Shown here in pieces: positions 40,876 through 50,172 of a stretch of 64,000 bases of DNA. How positions within the stretch are numbered: the stretch's first letter is position 1; each line of letters opens with the position of its first letter. The stretch is from assembly GCA_001856825.1 (NCBI GenBank), contig ATMD01000001.1, positions 114,581-178,580 of the forward strand, written 5' to 3'. The position numbers and the translations under genes are program-made. The notes beneath the pieces are model-generated. The model made no database searches. It had not been told where the DNA came from and saw only the letters and a program-made list of their open reading frames with translations. The stretch is from Thermoplasmatales archaeon I-plasma (GTDB lineage: Archaea; Thermoplasmatota; Thermoplasmata; Thermoplasmatales; GCA-001856825).

Positions 40876-41274
40876 TCATACGTCCAGAGTGACCTCTATG
40901 ACGGCTGGCTTCCTTGACACGTTTATCCTGTCGTAAGTTGCAGCCTTTACTAGAACGGAACCGCCTTCCATCCGGTCTGCCCTCTCTCCCGCTGCCTCCC
41001 ATATTACAGAGTTGTTGCAAATTGTGATCCTCCTTATCTTCAGGGCAAGGGATGCTGATTCTGATCTGTAGATGATGTCGTTCAGTGTTCTTATCACGCA
41101 GTTTTCGTCTGTATCATATTCAACTTTGGAACTAAGAAACAGTTCAGGATGGATGGATTCACCGTACATCATTGCAAGCATCCTGTTTGACAGGTCAAGA
41201 AGTGCTCGCTGAAAGGTGTTCCCCCAAGCCCGCAACCTGATATCTGCAGTATGTTCTATGCTACTCACCGGCAC
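40876..41274 (-). CDS. Archease
   Basis: N-terminal SIEHTADIRLRAWG (the archease HTAD motif), C-terminal VKAATYDRINV, 132 aa, GTG start. Confidence 0.85.
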   Translation of the reverse strand: MPVSSIEHTADIRLRAWGNTFQRALLDLSNRMLAMMYGESIHPELFLSSKVEYDTDENCVIRTLNDIIYRSESASLALKIRRITICNNSVIWEAAGERADRMEGGSVLVKAATYDRINVSRKPAVIEVTLDV

Positions 41275-41303
41275 AATTTAAAATCAAAGAGAGGGATAAA
41301 ACA

Positions 41304-42845
41304 CTATTGCGATTTGTTTCTGAGTTCCCCCACTGCGTAGTTCCAAAGTTTCTTCAGGTTTAGCATGTTGAGTATGTCCATGAGTTCTTCCCTTGATATC
41401 GTTCTCGAAACGATCAAGAGGCCTACATATGCCAGGGAGTATAGGAGAAAGAGGCCTATGAGAACCACAGAATGAAGCCTTATGGAATCTTCAAGCAGGT
41501 AATAGAAAAGCGCTCCAAGCAGTACGGAGATTACACCACCCTTTATGGACTGAAGTGTGAGAGGTACCTTCACTTCAAGATTTAGAGCTATTATTGAAGA
41601 TACGAGGATCACGACACCTGATATCAGATACGCATAGGCAGCACCTATGACTCCAAGTCCAGCAAAACGTATGTCAGCGAGCGAATGAGGTATGAGAACT
41701 ACGTCAAGCACAATCCAGAGCGTATAGCCGAAGTTGTTCAAAATTCCAGATACCCTGGTCTTTGCTATTGCATTGAAGTGGGTCCAGTACGGGGTTGACA
41801 TTGTCCAGAACCACGAGCCTATGAGCATGATCTGCAATGCAAATGCAAACTGTATCAGGGCTGAGTTCCACAGGTTGAGGATTGCAGCTGCGAATACAAT
41901 CGCGAATACTGTTATAGGCGTCACGAAGATTGTCAGGTATTTCACCGTAACCCCCATAGTCCTGCCATAGTCTTCGCTTGAATCCAGCCTGGTGGTGAGG
42001 GAAGGGAGGATGAGTACAGTTACAGACATCGTGAAACCTGTCATCATGAGGATGAACCTGTAGTCAGCTGCAAAACCTCCTGAAGCAAATGACCCGATCG
42101 CAATGTATACCAGCACCTGTGGAATGTTTGCAGATATTGCCTTGGTAATTGCTGCCCCCATGAGGGGATATGAATATTTCAGGTAGGTCCTCATCGTTTC
42201 AATATGGGGCATCCTGAACTTCCATGGCATTCCAACAACGAAGCTCAGCAAGAAGTAAACAACATAAGAAATTGAGTAGGAAATGGCGATCAATATTGCC
42301 ATTTCAGGGATCCCTGATTTCGCATTTGGAAAGTTGAAAACGTTGAAATGAATCAGGATAACCACGGCTGCAAACCTGACAACCGATTCCATTATTGCAG
42401 GCAGGGACATCTTGAATGCTTCCTGCGTACCAGTGAAGAATGCCCTGTTTGCCTGTATGTATGGCAGCCCGAGGAAATATGGGATCAGGAGGAGGATGCT
42501 CAGGTATACAAGGGGGGACTGGAACTGCTGGTGGAACAGAACAGTCCATACATACACAGCAAGGAATATGACACCGATGTATGCGAGCGTGAGGAATATC
42601 TTCATGAATATCAGTGCATTGTTGTATTCATTCCTGTCCTTCCCAAGGGCTATCATCCTCGTGTGTGCTGTGTTTATCCCAAGATCAGACACAAATGAAA
42701 AGATGAGGCCAAAGGAAAGAGCAGTCGAGAAAATTCCCCAGGAACTGACGCCTGCATCCCTAAGTATCAGTAGGTAAGTCAGAAATCCAAGTATTAGACC
42801 AAATGCGTTCTGCAGGAGAATCCAAGCTGGTTTGGAAGTTTCCAT
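41304..42845 (-). CDS. MOP-superfamily polysaccharide/oligosaccharide flippase (Wzx/AglR-like)
   Basis: 513 aa, about 14 TM helices, N-terminal pattern ILLQNAFGLILGFLTYLLILR. Confidence 0.65.
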   Translation of the reverse strand: METSKPAWILLQNAFGLILGFLTYLLILRDAGVSSWGIFSTALSFGLIFSFVSDLGINTAHTRMIALGKDRNEYNNALIFMKIFLTLAYIGVIFLAVYVWTVLFHQQFQSPLVYLSILLLIPYFLGLPYIQANRAFFTGTQEAFKMSLPAIMESVVRFAAVVILIHFNVFNFPNAKSGIPEMAILIAISYSISYVVYFLLSFVVGMPWKFRMPHIETMRTYLKYSYPLMGAAITKAISANIPQVLVYIAIGSFASGGFAADYRFILMMTGFTMSVTVLILPSLTTRLDSSEDYGRTMGVTVKYLTIFVTPITVFAIVFAAAILNLWNSALIQFAFALQIMLIGSWFWTMSTPYWTHFNAIAKTRVSGILNNFGYTLWIVLDVVLIPHSLADIRFAGLGVIGAAYAYLISGVVILVSSIIALNLEVKVPLTLQSIKGGVISVLLGALFYYLLEDSIRLHSVVLIGLFLLYSLAYVGLLIVSRTISREELMDILNMLNLKKLWNYAVGELRNKSQ

Positions 42846-42886
42846 CCCTTAGGGCGTAGTAAGGAAATATAGAAAAACCTTCGGAT

Positions 42887-43471
42887 TTGAAGAAATGGTT
42901 ATATTTTCGCAAACTCTGGCCTGATGTGATACCCTCCTTCATCTCGGCATTAATACTATTCATACCAGCATTCATAGCCAACCCCAGCGCTGTGATCACT
43001 GGAGGTCATTTTGTCATAGATGGAGGAAAGAGCTGGAGGGGGAAGCGGATATTTGGCGACCATAAAACGTGGTCTGGATTTTTAGGTGGCATGGTGGCAG
43101 GTACTGTGATAGGATTGCTGCTCAATTACCTTTTCCTCTTTGCGGGGGTAAAGGAGCTCGTTTTCTCTGATCAGCTGTTAAACTCATTCCTGATGGTACT
43201 TGCCTTATCTGCCTTCTCGATGCTTGGGGACCTTGCTGGCTCTTTTATCAAGAGAAGGATAGGAAGGGCACCAGGTGCAGAGTCTCTGTTCCTGGACCAG
43301 TATCCGTTTGCGCTATTCTCCCTCGCCTTTTTCTACATCATATTTCTTCCGCAGGCAAAGGTGCTCTTCCCCTGGGAAGGGGTAGTTGCAATTCTCATAG
43401 TAACACCGCTCATTCACAGGGCAGTCAACATAATAGGGTACAAATTCAAGATGAAGAGCGTTCCTTACTAG
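42887..43471 (+). CDS. carS: CDP-archaeol synthase (DUF46/CarS)
   Basis: IPAFIANPSAV...DGGKSWRGKRIFGDHKTWSGFLGG...GDLAGSFIKRRIG matches the CarS family signature. TTG start, about 5 TM helices. Confidence 0.85.
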   Translation: MKKWLYFRKLWPDVIPSFISALILFIPAFIANPSAVITGGHFVIDGGKSWRGKRIFGDHKTWSGFLGGMVAGTVIGLLLNYLFLFAGVKELVFSDQLLNSFLMVLALSAFSMLGDLAGSFIKRRIGRAPGAESLFLDQYPFALFSLAFFYIIFLPQAKVLFPWEGVVAILIVTPLIHRAVNIIGYKFKMKSVPY

Positions 43472-45270
43472 TCTAGGAATTCGTTTGCGTCCTTGACAGG
43501 GTCTTTGCTCAGATATAGGTTCGGGAGATCATTCCTGAATTTTCGTGCCCTAGAATCAAGGATAATTGCAACACCTCTGTCCTCCGGGCTCCTTATGAGG
43601 CGGCCTATGGCCTGTCTCATCCTCGTGGCAGCAACCGCCTCATATGCGTACTCCCATCCTCTCCTGAATTTCATTTCGTAGAATAGTTCCATTGCCGCAG
43701 TCTCTGGGGCGGGGGGCGGATAGGGTATTCCTGTCAATACGGCAACTTCAACAATCTTCCCAGGCAGGTCTATGCCTTCGGATATCCTTCCATTCACTAC
43801 GGCGAACAGGTTCCCCCCTTTCTCCCTGAAGTTTGTTGTTATAAGATTGACAAACTCCTCGTTGTTCATACCTTTCCTCTCGAAATATATCCTCCCCTTC
43901 ATTTCGAGCTCAAGGAAGGATGAAAGCTGTTCATAAGACGTGCAGAATATGACCTTGTTTCTCTTGATCCCCTCAACTATCTGCTTCACGTAAAAATTCA
44001 TCTTGTCCCTTGACTCATCCTTAAGGCTGTATCTGGACGTGACGTCATCCACAAACAGCACCTTCAGATTCCTCTCAAGGTAGTCTGCCTTCACCAGCAC
44101 CTTTTCCGGATCGTCAATCCCCATTTCGTCAATGAACTTGCTGAAGGGCGAAATGGTGCCTGACATGAAGAAAGACCTGAATGCATTACCGAAGAATCTG
44201 AGGACATCGTATGTTTCCAGATTCATCAGGTTTATTCCGGAAGGCTCATCGTTGTGTGTTATCATTACCCTGTATCCTTCGTCATCCTCCATCATCCTTG
44301 ACGCGATTATTGATGTGTTGTAGATGTAACTCCTTGGAAGTTTTCCCTCGTTGCTCCTTGACTCCCTAATGGAAAGACCATAATTCGCCATAAGTGATAG
44401 TATTCCGCGAATGTCAAGCGAATTCATCTGGAATGCGTCCATGTAGGCTTCAGTGACTTCCTGAGTTGTGATTATCCTGTCCCCCTCCTTTAGGAGAGAT
44501 GAAAGAGCCTCACCAAGGGAATCGATGACATAGGATGCGTTAATCTTGTTGAGCATCATGTCCCCGAACTGGTCGATCTCCTTGGAGCAGCCGGCCAGGC
44601 TGTTGTGAGTGAGCTTAGCAGACAAGAGACTCCTCGTGAGATCGGGAATGTTGTGAGCTTCGTCGGCAATCAATATTATGTCCTTCAGCTCCGCACCCAT
44701 CCAGTCGAGGAATCTCTCCCTTATGAAAGGATTGAGGAAGAATGAATACGACGTCACCAGAACATTTGCCTCTATGGCAAGCCTCTTCTGTGCAAAATAG
44801 GGGCAAAAGTCCTCGTTCCCCAATTCAATGAAATCTTCCTGTGACATGACGTTCTTCTTCCATCTTCCGTCGTAGTCTGTTCCGTAAGGGCACCCACCCT
44901 TTCCACCCTTGTGCTTCTCAACCAGCACCCTGCAGTAGCTGCTCTGTTCCTCCGGTGTTCCCTGGGACATGTCAGGTGCCTGTTTCCTGAACAAGCACAT
45001 TTCGCCACGCCCGAAGAATGTCATGACCTTATCCACCCCCATGCGCCTTGCTTCACGCAGCAGGTTCTCAGCCTGTGAATTCGTCCTTGTGAGGAACACC
45101 ACTCTCCTGTCAGGATATTTTGTCAGAACGTGGAATAGGACTGCAGCAGTCTTTCCTGACCCTGTCGGGCTTTCCAGTATGGTGGACTTCTTGTTGCTGG
45201 AATCAAGCTTCTGGAAAATCATTTCCTGCCATGGGTACATCTCATAGGGGAACTTTAGCGGCCCTTTCAA
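43468..45270 (-). CDS. xpd: XPD/Rad3-type Fe-S DNA helicase
   Basis: FPYEMYPWQ, Walker A ESPTGSGKT, DEAH box IIADEAHNI, and four Fe-S Cys (GEMCLF, SSYCRV, GGCPYG, DFCPYF). C-terminal motif VI: AIGRLIRSPEDRG. Confidence 0.92.
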   Translation of the reverse strand: MKGPLKFPYEMYPWQEMIFQKLDSSNKKSTILESPTGSGKTAAVLFHVLTKYPDRRVVFLTRTNSQAENLLREARRMGVDKVMTFFGRGEMCLFRKQAPDMSQGTPEEQSSYCRVLVEKHKGGKGGCPYGTDYDGRWKKNVMSQEDFIELGNEDFCPYFAQKRLAIEANVLVTSYSFFLNPFIRERFLDWMGAELKDIILIADEAHNIPDLTRSLLSAKLTHNSLAGCSKEIDQFGDMMLNKINASYVIDSLGEALSSLLKEGDRIITTQEVTEAYMDAFQMNSLDIRGILSLMANYGLSIRESRSNEGKLPRSYIYNTSIIASRMMEDDEGYRVMITHNDEPSGINLMNLETYDVLRFFGNAFRSFFMSGTISPFSKFIDEMGIDDPEKVLVKADYLERNLKVLFVDDVTSRYSLKDESRDKMNFYVKQIVEGIKRNKVIFCTSYEQLSSFLELEMKGRIYFERKGMNNEEFVNLITTNFREKGGNLFAVVNGRISEGIDLPGKIVEVAVLTGIPYPPPAPETAAMELFYEMKFRRGWEYAYEAVAATRMRQAIGRLIRSPEDRGVAIILDSRARKFRNDLPNLYLSKDPVKDANEFLD

Positions 45271-46174
45271 GGAAGGAATCCACCTCCTTCACGATGGGTA
45301 GTCCAAATGCTTCTATCTGTCTTTCCAGATCACTCCTGTCTATGAGGGTTGTGAAGTGATAGGAATTCAGGCTCCTTATGACGTCTTCATCCCCTACCTT
45401 CAGTAACCTGCTCATGACATTTGCCGTATCCCTCTTTTCTTCCTTGTTCAGCGGCTCACCTACTTTCCTCTTGTATTCCCTGAGAAATGTGCTTACTGAG
45501 TACCCCCGCTCCACTCTCGTGAAGATGCAGCAGCAGAGCCCCTCTTTCCTTTTCTTCACGCCATTATTCATAGTGAGGAAGGGCTCCCATATCTGTGCCG
45601 CATCAATTTCCCCCTTATGGTAAGAGCGAAGCATGTCGTCCATGCTCTTGAAATACACCTGTTCATAATTCCTGAAGTCCCTTGAATCCCTGTCCATCCT
45701 TGAAAGGGGTGTCGTTCCTATTTTCCCCTCATCCCTTCTTTTAATCAACCCGGACCCGCCTTCCGCGACTCCTGCTATTGGCCTGATGCTCCTGTCTATA
45801 AGGTAGAAAAAATAACCGGATATGAGCGGGCTGGCGACCATGTCCTCCGCTCCTGTCATGAGTTCCTTGAGCGCCTCAAGGCTGTTGTCATAGACAGTCA
45901 GCCTGAAGGGTATCCTCTTTCCCAGCTGTTCCAGCGTGGAAACCATATGGAAATACTCAGAACTTCTAAGTATCCCAACCCGGAGTGTCCTTGAATGGTT
46001 GATTGAAACGAGAACTGTCCTCTGGCTCACCCTTTTCCTTGTAATGATATGCTGTGCCTCAAGCTTTCTTAGGACCTCGGATATCCTTGACCTTGAAGAA
46101 TTGAGCCTGGATGTCAGTTCCTTCTGTGTTATGTCCTCTTTGAACAGTAGATCAAGAACCCTATCCCTTAGCAT
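45242..46174 (-). CDS. Putative transcriptional regulator: N-terminal winged HTH + periplasmic-binding-protein-like (NMT1/type 2 SBP) domain
   Basis: wHTH: ITQKELTSRLNSSRSRISEVLRKLEAQHIITRKR. This is followed by the SBP-like LRVGILRSSEYFHM...LTVYDNSLEALKELMTGAEDMVASP...GEIDAAQIWEPF. Confidence 0.5.
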   Translation of the reverse strand: MLRDRVLDLLFKEDITQKELTSRLNSSRSRISEVLRKLEAQHIITRKRVSQRTVLVSINHSRTLRVGILRSSEYFHMVSTLEQLGKRIPFRLTVYDNSLEALKELMTGAEDMVASPLISGYFFYLIDRSIRPIAGVAEGGSGLIKRRDEGKIGTTPLSRMDRDSRDFRNYEQVYFKSMDDMLRSYHKGEIDAAQIWEPFLTMNNGVKKRKEGLCCCIFTRVERGYSVSTFLREYKRKVGEPLNKEEKRDTANVMSRLLKVGDEDVIRSLNSYHFTTLIDRSDLERQIEAFGLPIVKEVDSFLERAAKVPL

Positions 46175-46179
46175 ATGCG

Positions 46180-47403
46180 TCAGAGTTCAAACTCTTCTCC
46201 GTTCTTCGGGAGGACAACCTTCGTAGATGTTAGGTCCTTCGCAAGCTCCTCCCTCTTTTCCCCGTGCATCAGGACAACCTTGTCAGGCCTTGAACCCTCT
46301 ATGAACTTGACTATTTCCTTATGGCCGGAATGGGCAGAGAAGTCGAAGAACTTGACGTCCATGCTCACCTTGCTTGCAACCCCGGCAAGATCAATGCTTC
46401 CAGTCTCCAGCAGCATCCTTCCGTTCGTGTCCTCAACCTGGTATCCCGTCAGGAATAGACCGTTCTTCTCGCTGTTCAGCTGAGATATGTAGTTAAGAAC
46501 AGGTCCTCCGTCAAGCATCCCGCTGGTCGTTATTATCACATCACCCTTCAATGCCTTGTCACGGTCGGATTTGCTCCTTACAAGGTTTCACCCTCCTGAG
46601 CATTTTCTTGTACCTGTGGTAGTTCTTGATGTACTTCGGGAAGCTAAGGAGTACATTGCATACTGTCCTTGCCATCCCGTCTATCCATATCTCATAATCC
46701 GTATTCTCCAGAACCATGAGCAGTTCCTGGTGCCCTTCCGGGTTGCAAATGCAGGCACTACTGCAACGCCTTCATTCTCCACCACCTGCTGTATTGATGC
46801 AAGGAAATTCTCCTCCACCGATGGTCTCGGCGGATGCTCCTTCCCTGCATACGTGCTCTCAACGATAAGAATGTCTGTGTCAATTGGCTTGATGCCGAAA
46901 GTGAGGTGGGTATCGATGCTCTGTATGTCCCCCGTGAAAACGACCTTCCTGTCGTTCTGGATGAGGTACATAGAACTTCCAACTAGATGGCCCGTGTTGT
47001 GAGAAGTTATTTCCTGGTCCTTGAACTCCATAGTCTCACCGTAATCAATTGGTGTGAAAGCTTCTATTATGCTGTCAACATCCTGCTCCTCGAAGGGTAG
47101 CTTGTTCCCCTCAATGTTGGCTATCTTCACTGAGTCGTAGAGGAGTATGGGAACGACGGCCAGAGTTGGAGGCGTCGCGTAAACATTTGCACCCCCATTC
47201 TTGTTTAGCCATGGGAGCATGCCGACGTGGTCAAGGTGGGAATGCGTTATGAAAACTCCATCTACCTTTGGCGCAAGCATTGGGAATGTCGGCGGCTTGG
47301 TCGGATTCATCCCATAGTCGAAGAGGAACTTGTAGTTGTCAGTAGACAGTACCATGCCCAGTCTTCCGACCTCATCCCCTCCGCCAAGAAATTTCGCCTT
47401 CAT
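46180..47403 (-). pseudogene. Metallo-beta-lactamase/beta-CASP ribonuclease (aCPSF2-like) disrupted by compensating frameshifts
   Basis: N-terminal part: ITHSHLDHVGMLP, TGHLVGS. C-terminal part (46180-46551): TTSGMLDGGP, FSAHSGH, VVLMHGE. These two parts are in the same frame, but the ~150-nt middle segment encodes the conserved GRAQELLMVLENTDYEIWIDGMARTV... only in another frame. The frame switches occur at about 46740/46730 and about 46583. Confidence 0.8.
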
Positions 47404-48170
47404 AGACCTGCCTCCTTTAGATGTAGGCCGCACCCACAGCTCCTAATGGACGATATCTTTGGAATAGCGCTTTCAAGCACTTTCTTTATGTTCTCTTCAC
47501 TTTCCTTCATTACCCTCACAACTTCCTTTGAATTTACAGGTATTTCTGCCCAGACGTCGTAATCAGTCACAGTTGCCAATGTAAGATAGCACATCTCCTT
47601 TTCCCTTGCAAGGTTGATCTCTGGAACGAGTGTCATGCCTATTATGTCCCCCACCCCTCTGAAGAACTTGCTTTCCGCCCGAGTAGAGAATCTTGGCCCC
47701 TCGATGCACACGTAAGTCCCGCCTTTCTTTGACTTTATCCTTAGCTCTATGAGCGTCTTGTGGAAAACGTCCAGCATCTCCGGGCAGAACGGGTCTGCCA
47801 TTGATATGTGAACAACTTCAGGCCCGTCGAAGAACGTGTATGTTCTACCCTTCGTGAAATCGAAGAATTGATCCGGTAGTGCGATTGCACCCGGCTCTAT
47901 ATCCTTCTGGAGGGAACCAACGGCCGATACGCCTATTACCCTTTCCACTCCTACTTCCTTCAATCCCCACATATTTGCCCTGAAGTTTATCTTGTGTGGT
48001 GGTATTTTATGCTCCTTTCCGTGCCTGTAGAGGACTACTACGTCCTTTCCGGCAATTTTGCCCAATTCCAGCGGGGAAGACATTTCCCCATAGGGAGTAC
48101 TAAGTTTTACAATCTCAGCATCTTCTAACAGTTTTCCGGTAACTGAGCCTCCAATTAGTCCGATTGACAT
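47400..48170 (-). CDS. mtnP: S-methyl-5'-thioadenosine phosphorylase
   Basis: IGLIGGS...STPYGEMSSP...VLYRHGKEHKIPPHKINFRANMWGLKEVGVERVIGVSAVGSL and GMTLVPE are MTAP/PNP-family signatures. Its stop shares an ATGA with the downstream beta-CASP start. Confidence 0.9.
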   Translation of the reverse strand: MSIGLIGGSVTGKLLEDAEIVKLSTPYGEMSSPLELGKIAGKDVVVLYRHGKEHKIPPHKINFRANMWGLKEVGVERVIGVSAVGSLQKDIEPGAIALPDQFFDFTKGRTYTFFDGPEVVHISMADPFCPEMLDVFHKTLIELRIKSKKGGTYVCIEGPRFSTRAESKFFRGVGDIIGMTLVPEINLAREKEMCYLTLATVTDYDVWAEIPVNSKEVVRVMKESEENIKKVLESAIPKISSIRSCGCGLHLKEAGL

Positions 48171-48398
48171 TAAGAGTGCATGGTGTGTTCCCTAAATAAA
48201 CTTCCTGAGAATAAATGAATTATGCGAATGTAAATTGTGTTTCATACAATAATACTGATATCTACAGGGTCACTATGAATAGCTGCACAGAATGATCCCT
48301 TTTCAGGCAAGGTGCAAATCGAGCTTTGATATTTAGGTTAGTTATGAATGCACTTAAGAGGCAGAACATCATTAAATATGAGGTATCAATTGGGTTCC

Positions 48399-48635
48399 AT
48401 GGAAGGTAAGGTACGTCCTCTGAATGTACTTGGAAGCAGTCTTAACCAGTACGTGCTGGTTAAGGTCAAATGGAACAGGGAATACAGGGGACTGCTGGAT
48501 GGTTACGATCAGCACCTCAACCTGGTCATAAAGAATGCGGAAGAGGTAGTCGAGAACAAGAGCAGAGGAACATTCCCAATAATGGTAATAAGAGGGGACG
48601 TGGTAGTGTACATTTCACCTTCGGAGGCGATATAA
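48399..48635 (+). CDS. Sm-like (LSm/SmAP) RNA-binding protein
   Basis: Sm1/Sm2 motifs: PLNVLGSSLNQYVLVKVKWNREYRGLLDGYDQHLNLVIKNAEE...MVIRGDVVVYISP. The start is placed at Met18 of the ORF (48399); 48348 and 48378 are alternatives. Confidence 0.85.
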   Translation: MEGKVRPLNVLGSSLNQYVLVKVKWNREYRGLLDGYDQHLNLVIKNAEEVVENKSRGTFPIMVIRGDVVVYISPSEAI

Positions 48636-48636
48636 A

Positions 48637-48798
48637 ATGAGAGGAACCCCATCGATGGGGAGAAGGAACAGGATAAAGGTCCATATAAAGTGCAGGAGAT
48701 GTGGTCACCACTCTTATAACGTGAGCGACAAAAGGTGCTCCCACTGTGGATATCCGGATACAAGGATCAGAAGCTATAACTGGGCGAAGTCTAGGTGA
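48637..48798 (+). CDS. rpl37e: Ribosomal protein L37e
   Basis: Hand-translated 53-aa ORF, below the ORF-track cut-off: MRGTPSMGRRNRIKVHIKCRRCGHHSYNVSDKRCSHCGYPDTRIRSYNWAKSR. It has the C4 zinc ribbon and the RxYNW motif, and starts 1 nt after the Sm gene stop, a conserved archaeal pairing. Confidence 0.9.
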   Translation: MRGTPSMGRRNRIKVHIKCRRCGHHSYNVSDKRCSHCGYPDTRIRSYNWAKSR

Positions 48799-50152
48799 AT
48801 CGTGCGGGATAGTCGCTCTCGCAGAGAGCGTTCCCGTTGGTTATAGATTGGTACAATCGCTCAGGATTATTCAGCACAGGGGACAGGAATCTGCAGGAAT
48901 TTCCATAGACACTGGCAAGACGATGAAGACATACAGGGGCATGGGGTTAGTCAATGAAGTTTTTTCAGGCGTGAAGCTGGAGAAGGACACAGGAATGGGA
49001 ATAGGGCACATCAGGTACAGCACAGCCGGCTCCTCCTCACTAGAGAACGCTCAACCGCTTCATGCAAATATCGGGAAGTACGAAATATCAATGGGGCACA
49101 ACGGGGAGATAGTGAATGCAGCACAGCTGAAGATGTCCCTGGAGAGCAGGGGTTACTCGTTCGCGACAAACTCAGATACTGAGGTCATAATGAAGCTTCT
49201 CTCCATCGAGTTGTCAAAGACGTCCGACCCGATACTCTCAATGAAGAACACATTCAAGAAGCTCGTAGGGGCATATTCATTGAACATAATGATAAACCAG
49301 AGGGTATTTGTTGCACGTGACCCGAACGGTATCAGGCCATTAGTTGTTGGCACAACGGAATACGGTTACTGCGCAGCTTCCGAGAGCGTTGTATTCGACC
49401 AGCTGAACGGGAAGATGATAAGGGACGTGAAGCCAGGTGAGATAGTTGAGATCAAGAAGGACGGCGTAGATTCTTTCATCTATAACGATACCGCAAGGAC
49501 AGCTCACTGCATGTTCGAATACGTCTACTTTGCAAGACCGGACAGCGTGCTGGACGGAAGGAGTGTCTTCGAAACCAGGATGGAACTCGGGAGAATCCTT
49601 GCAAGGGAGAGTCCGGTGAAGGGGGCTGATTGTGTTGTCGCAGTCCCTGACTCTGCAAGAACACACGCACAGGGTTACGCGGAGGAGTCTGGGATTCCGT
49701 TGACAGAAGCGCTAATCAAGAACAGGTATGTTGACAGGACTTTCATAATGCCTGAACAGGCCGGAAGGGAGAGCGAGCTTGACATCAAGCTCAACCCTAT
49801 AAAGCAACTGATAGACGGCAAAAAAGTTGTTCTTGTTGATGACAGCGTAATAAGGGGCAATACAACAAGGAAGATAGTGAAGATGCTAAAGAAGTACGGG
49901 GCAAAGGAGGTCCATCTCAGGATTGCCTGCCCCCCGGTGCGTTTTCCGTGCTACCTTGGGATAGACATGAAGACAAAGGACCAGTTCATTGCATCGAACC
50001 GGAGCCTGAACGAGATAAGGGATAAGGTCGGGGCCGACAGCTTGCGATACATTTCGCTTGACGGACTTATAGAGGCCACTACACAGGGAAAGGAGAAGCT
50101 ATGCCTGGGCTGCCTGACAGGCAGGTACCCAGTGAGAATAGGCAATCACTGA
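48746..50152 (+). CDS. purF: Amidophosphoribosyltransferase
   Basis: Ntn Cys in GESCGIVALA, RHRGQESAGI, PRPP loop VVLVDDSVIRGNTTRKIV, and Fe-S Cys motif CPPVRFPCYLGID...LCLGCLTGRYP. The only in-frame start upstream of the catalytic Cys is the GTG at 48746. Confidence 0.9.
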   Translation: MDIRIQGSEAITGRSLGESCGIVALAESVPVGYRLVQSLRIIQHRGQESAGISIDTGKTMKTYRGMGLVNEVFSGVKLEKDTGMGIGHIRYSTAGSSSLENAQPLHANIGKYEISMGHNGEIVNAAQLKMSLESRGYSFATNSDTEVIMKLLSIELSKTSDPILSMKNTFKKLVGAYSLNIMINQRVFVARDPNGIRPLVVGTTEYGYCAASESVVFDQLNGKMIRDVKPGEIVEIKKDGVDSFIYNDTARTAHCMFEYVYFARPDSVLDGRSVFETRMELGRILARESPVKGADCVVAVPDSARTHAQGYAEESGIPLTEALIKNRYVDRTFIMPEQAGRESELDIKLNPIKQLIDGKKVVLVDDSVIRGNTTRKIVKMLKKYGAKEVHLRIACPPVRFPCYLGIDMKTKDQFIASNRSLNEIRDKVGADSLRYISLDGLIEATTQGKEKLCLGCLTGRYPVRIGNH

Positions 50153-50172
50153 AATGCTATCTTAATGGAATT

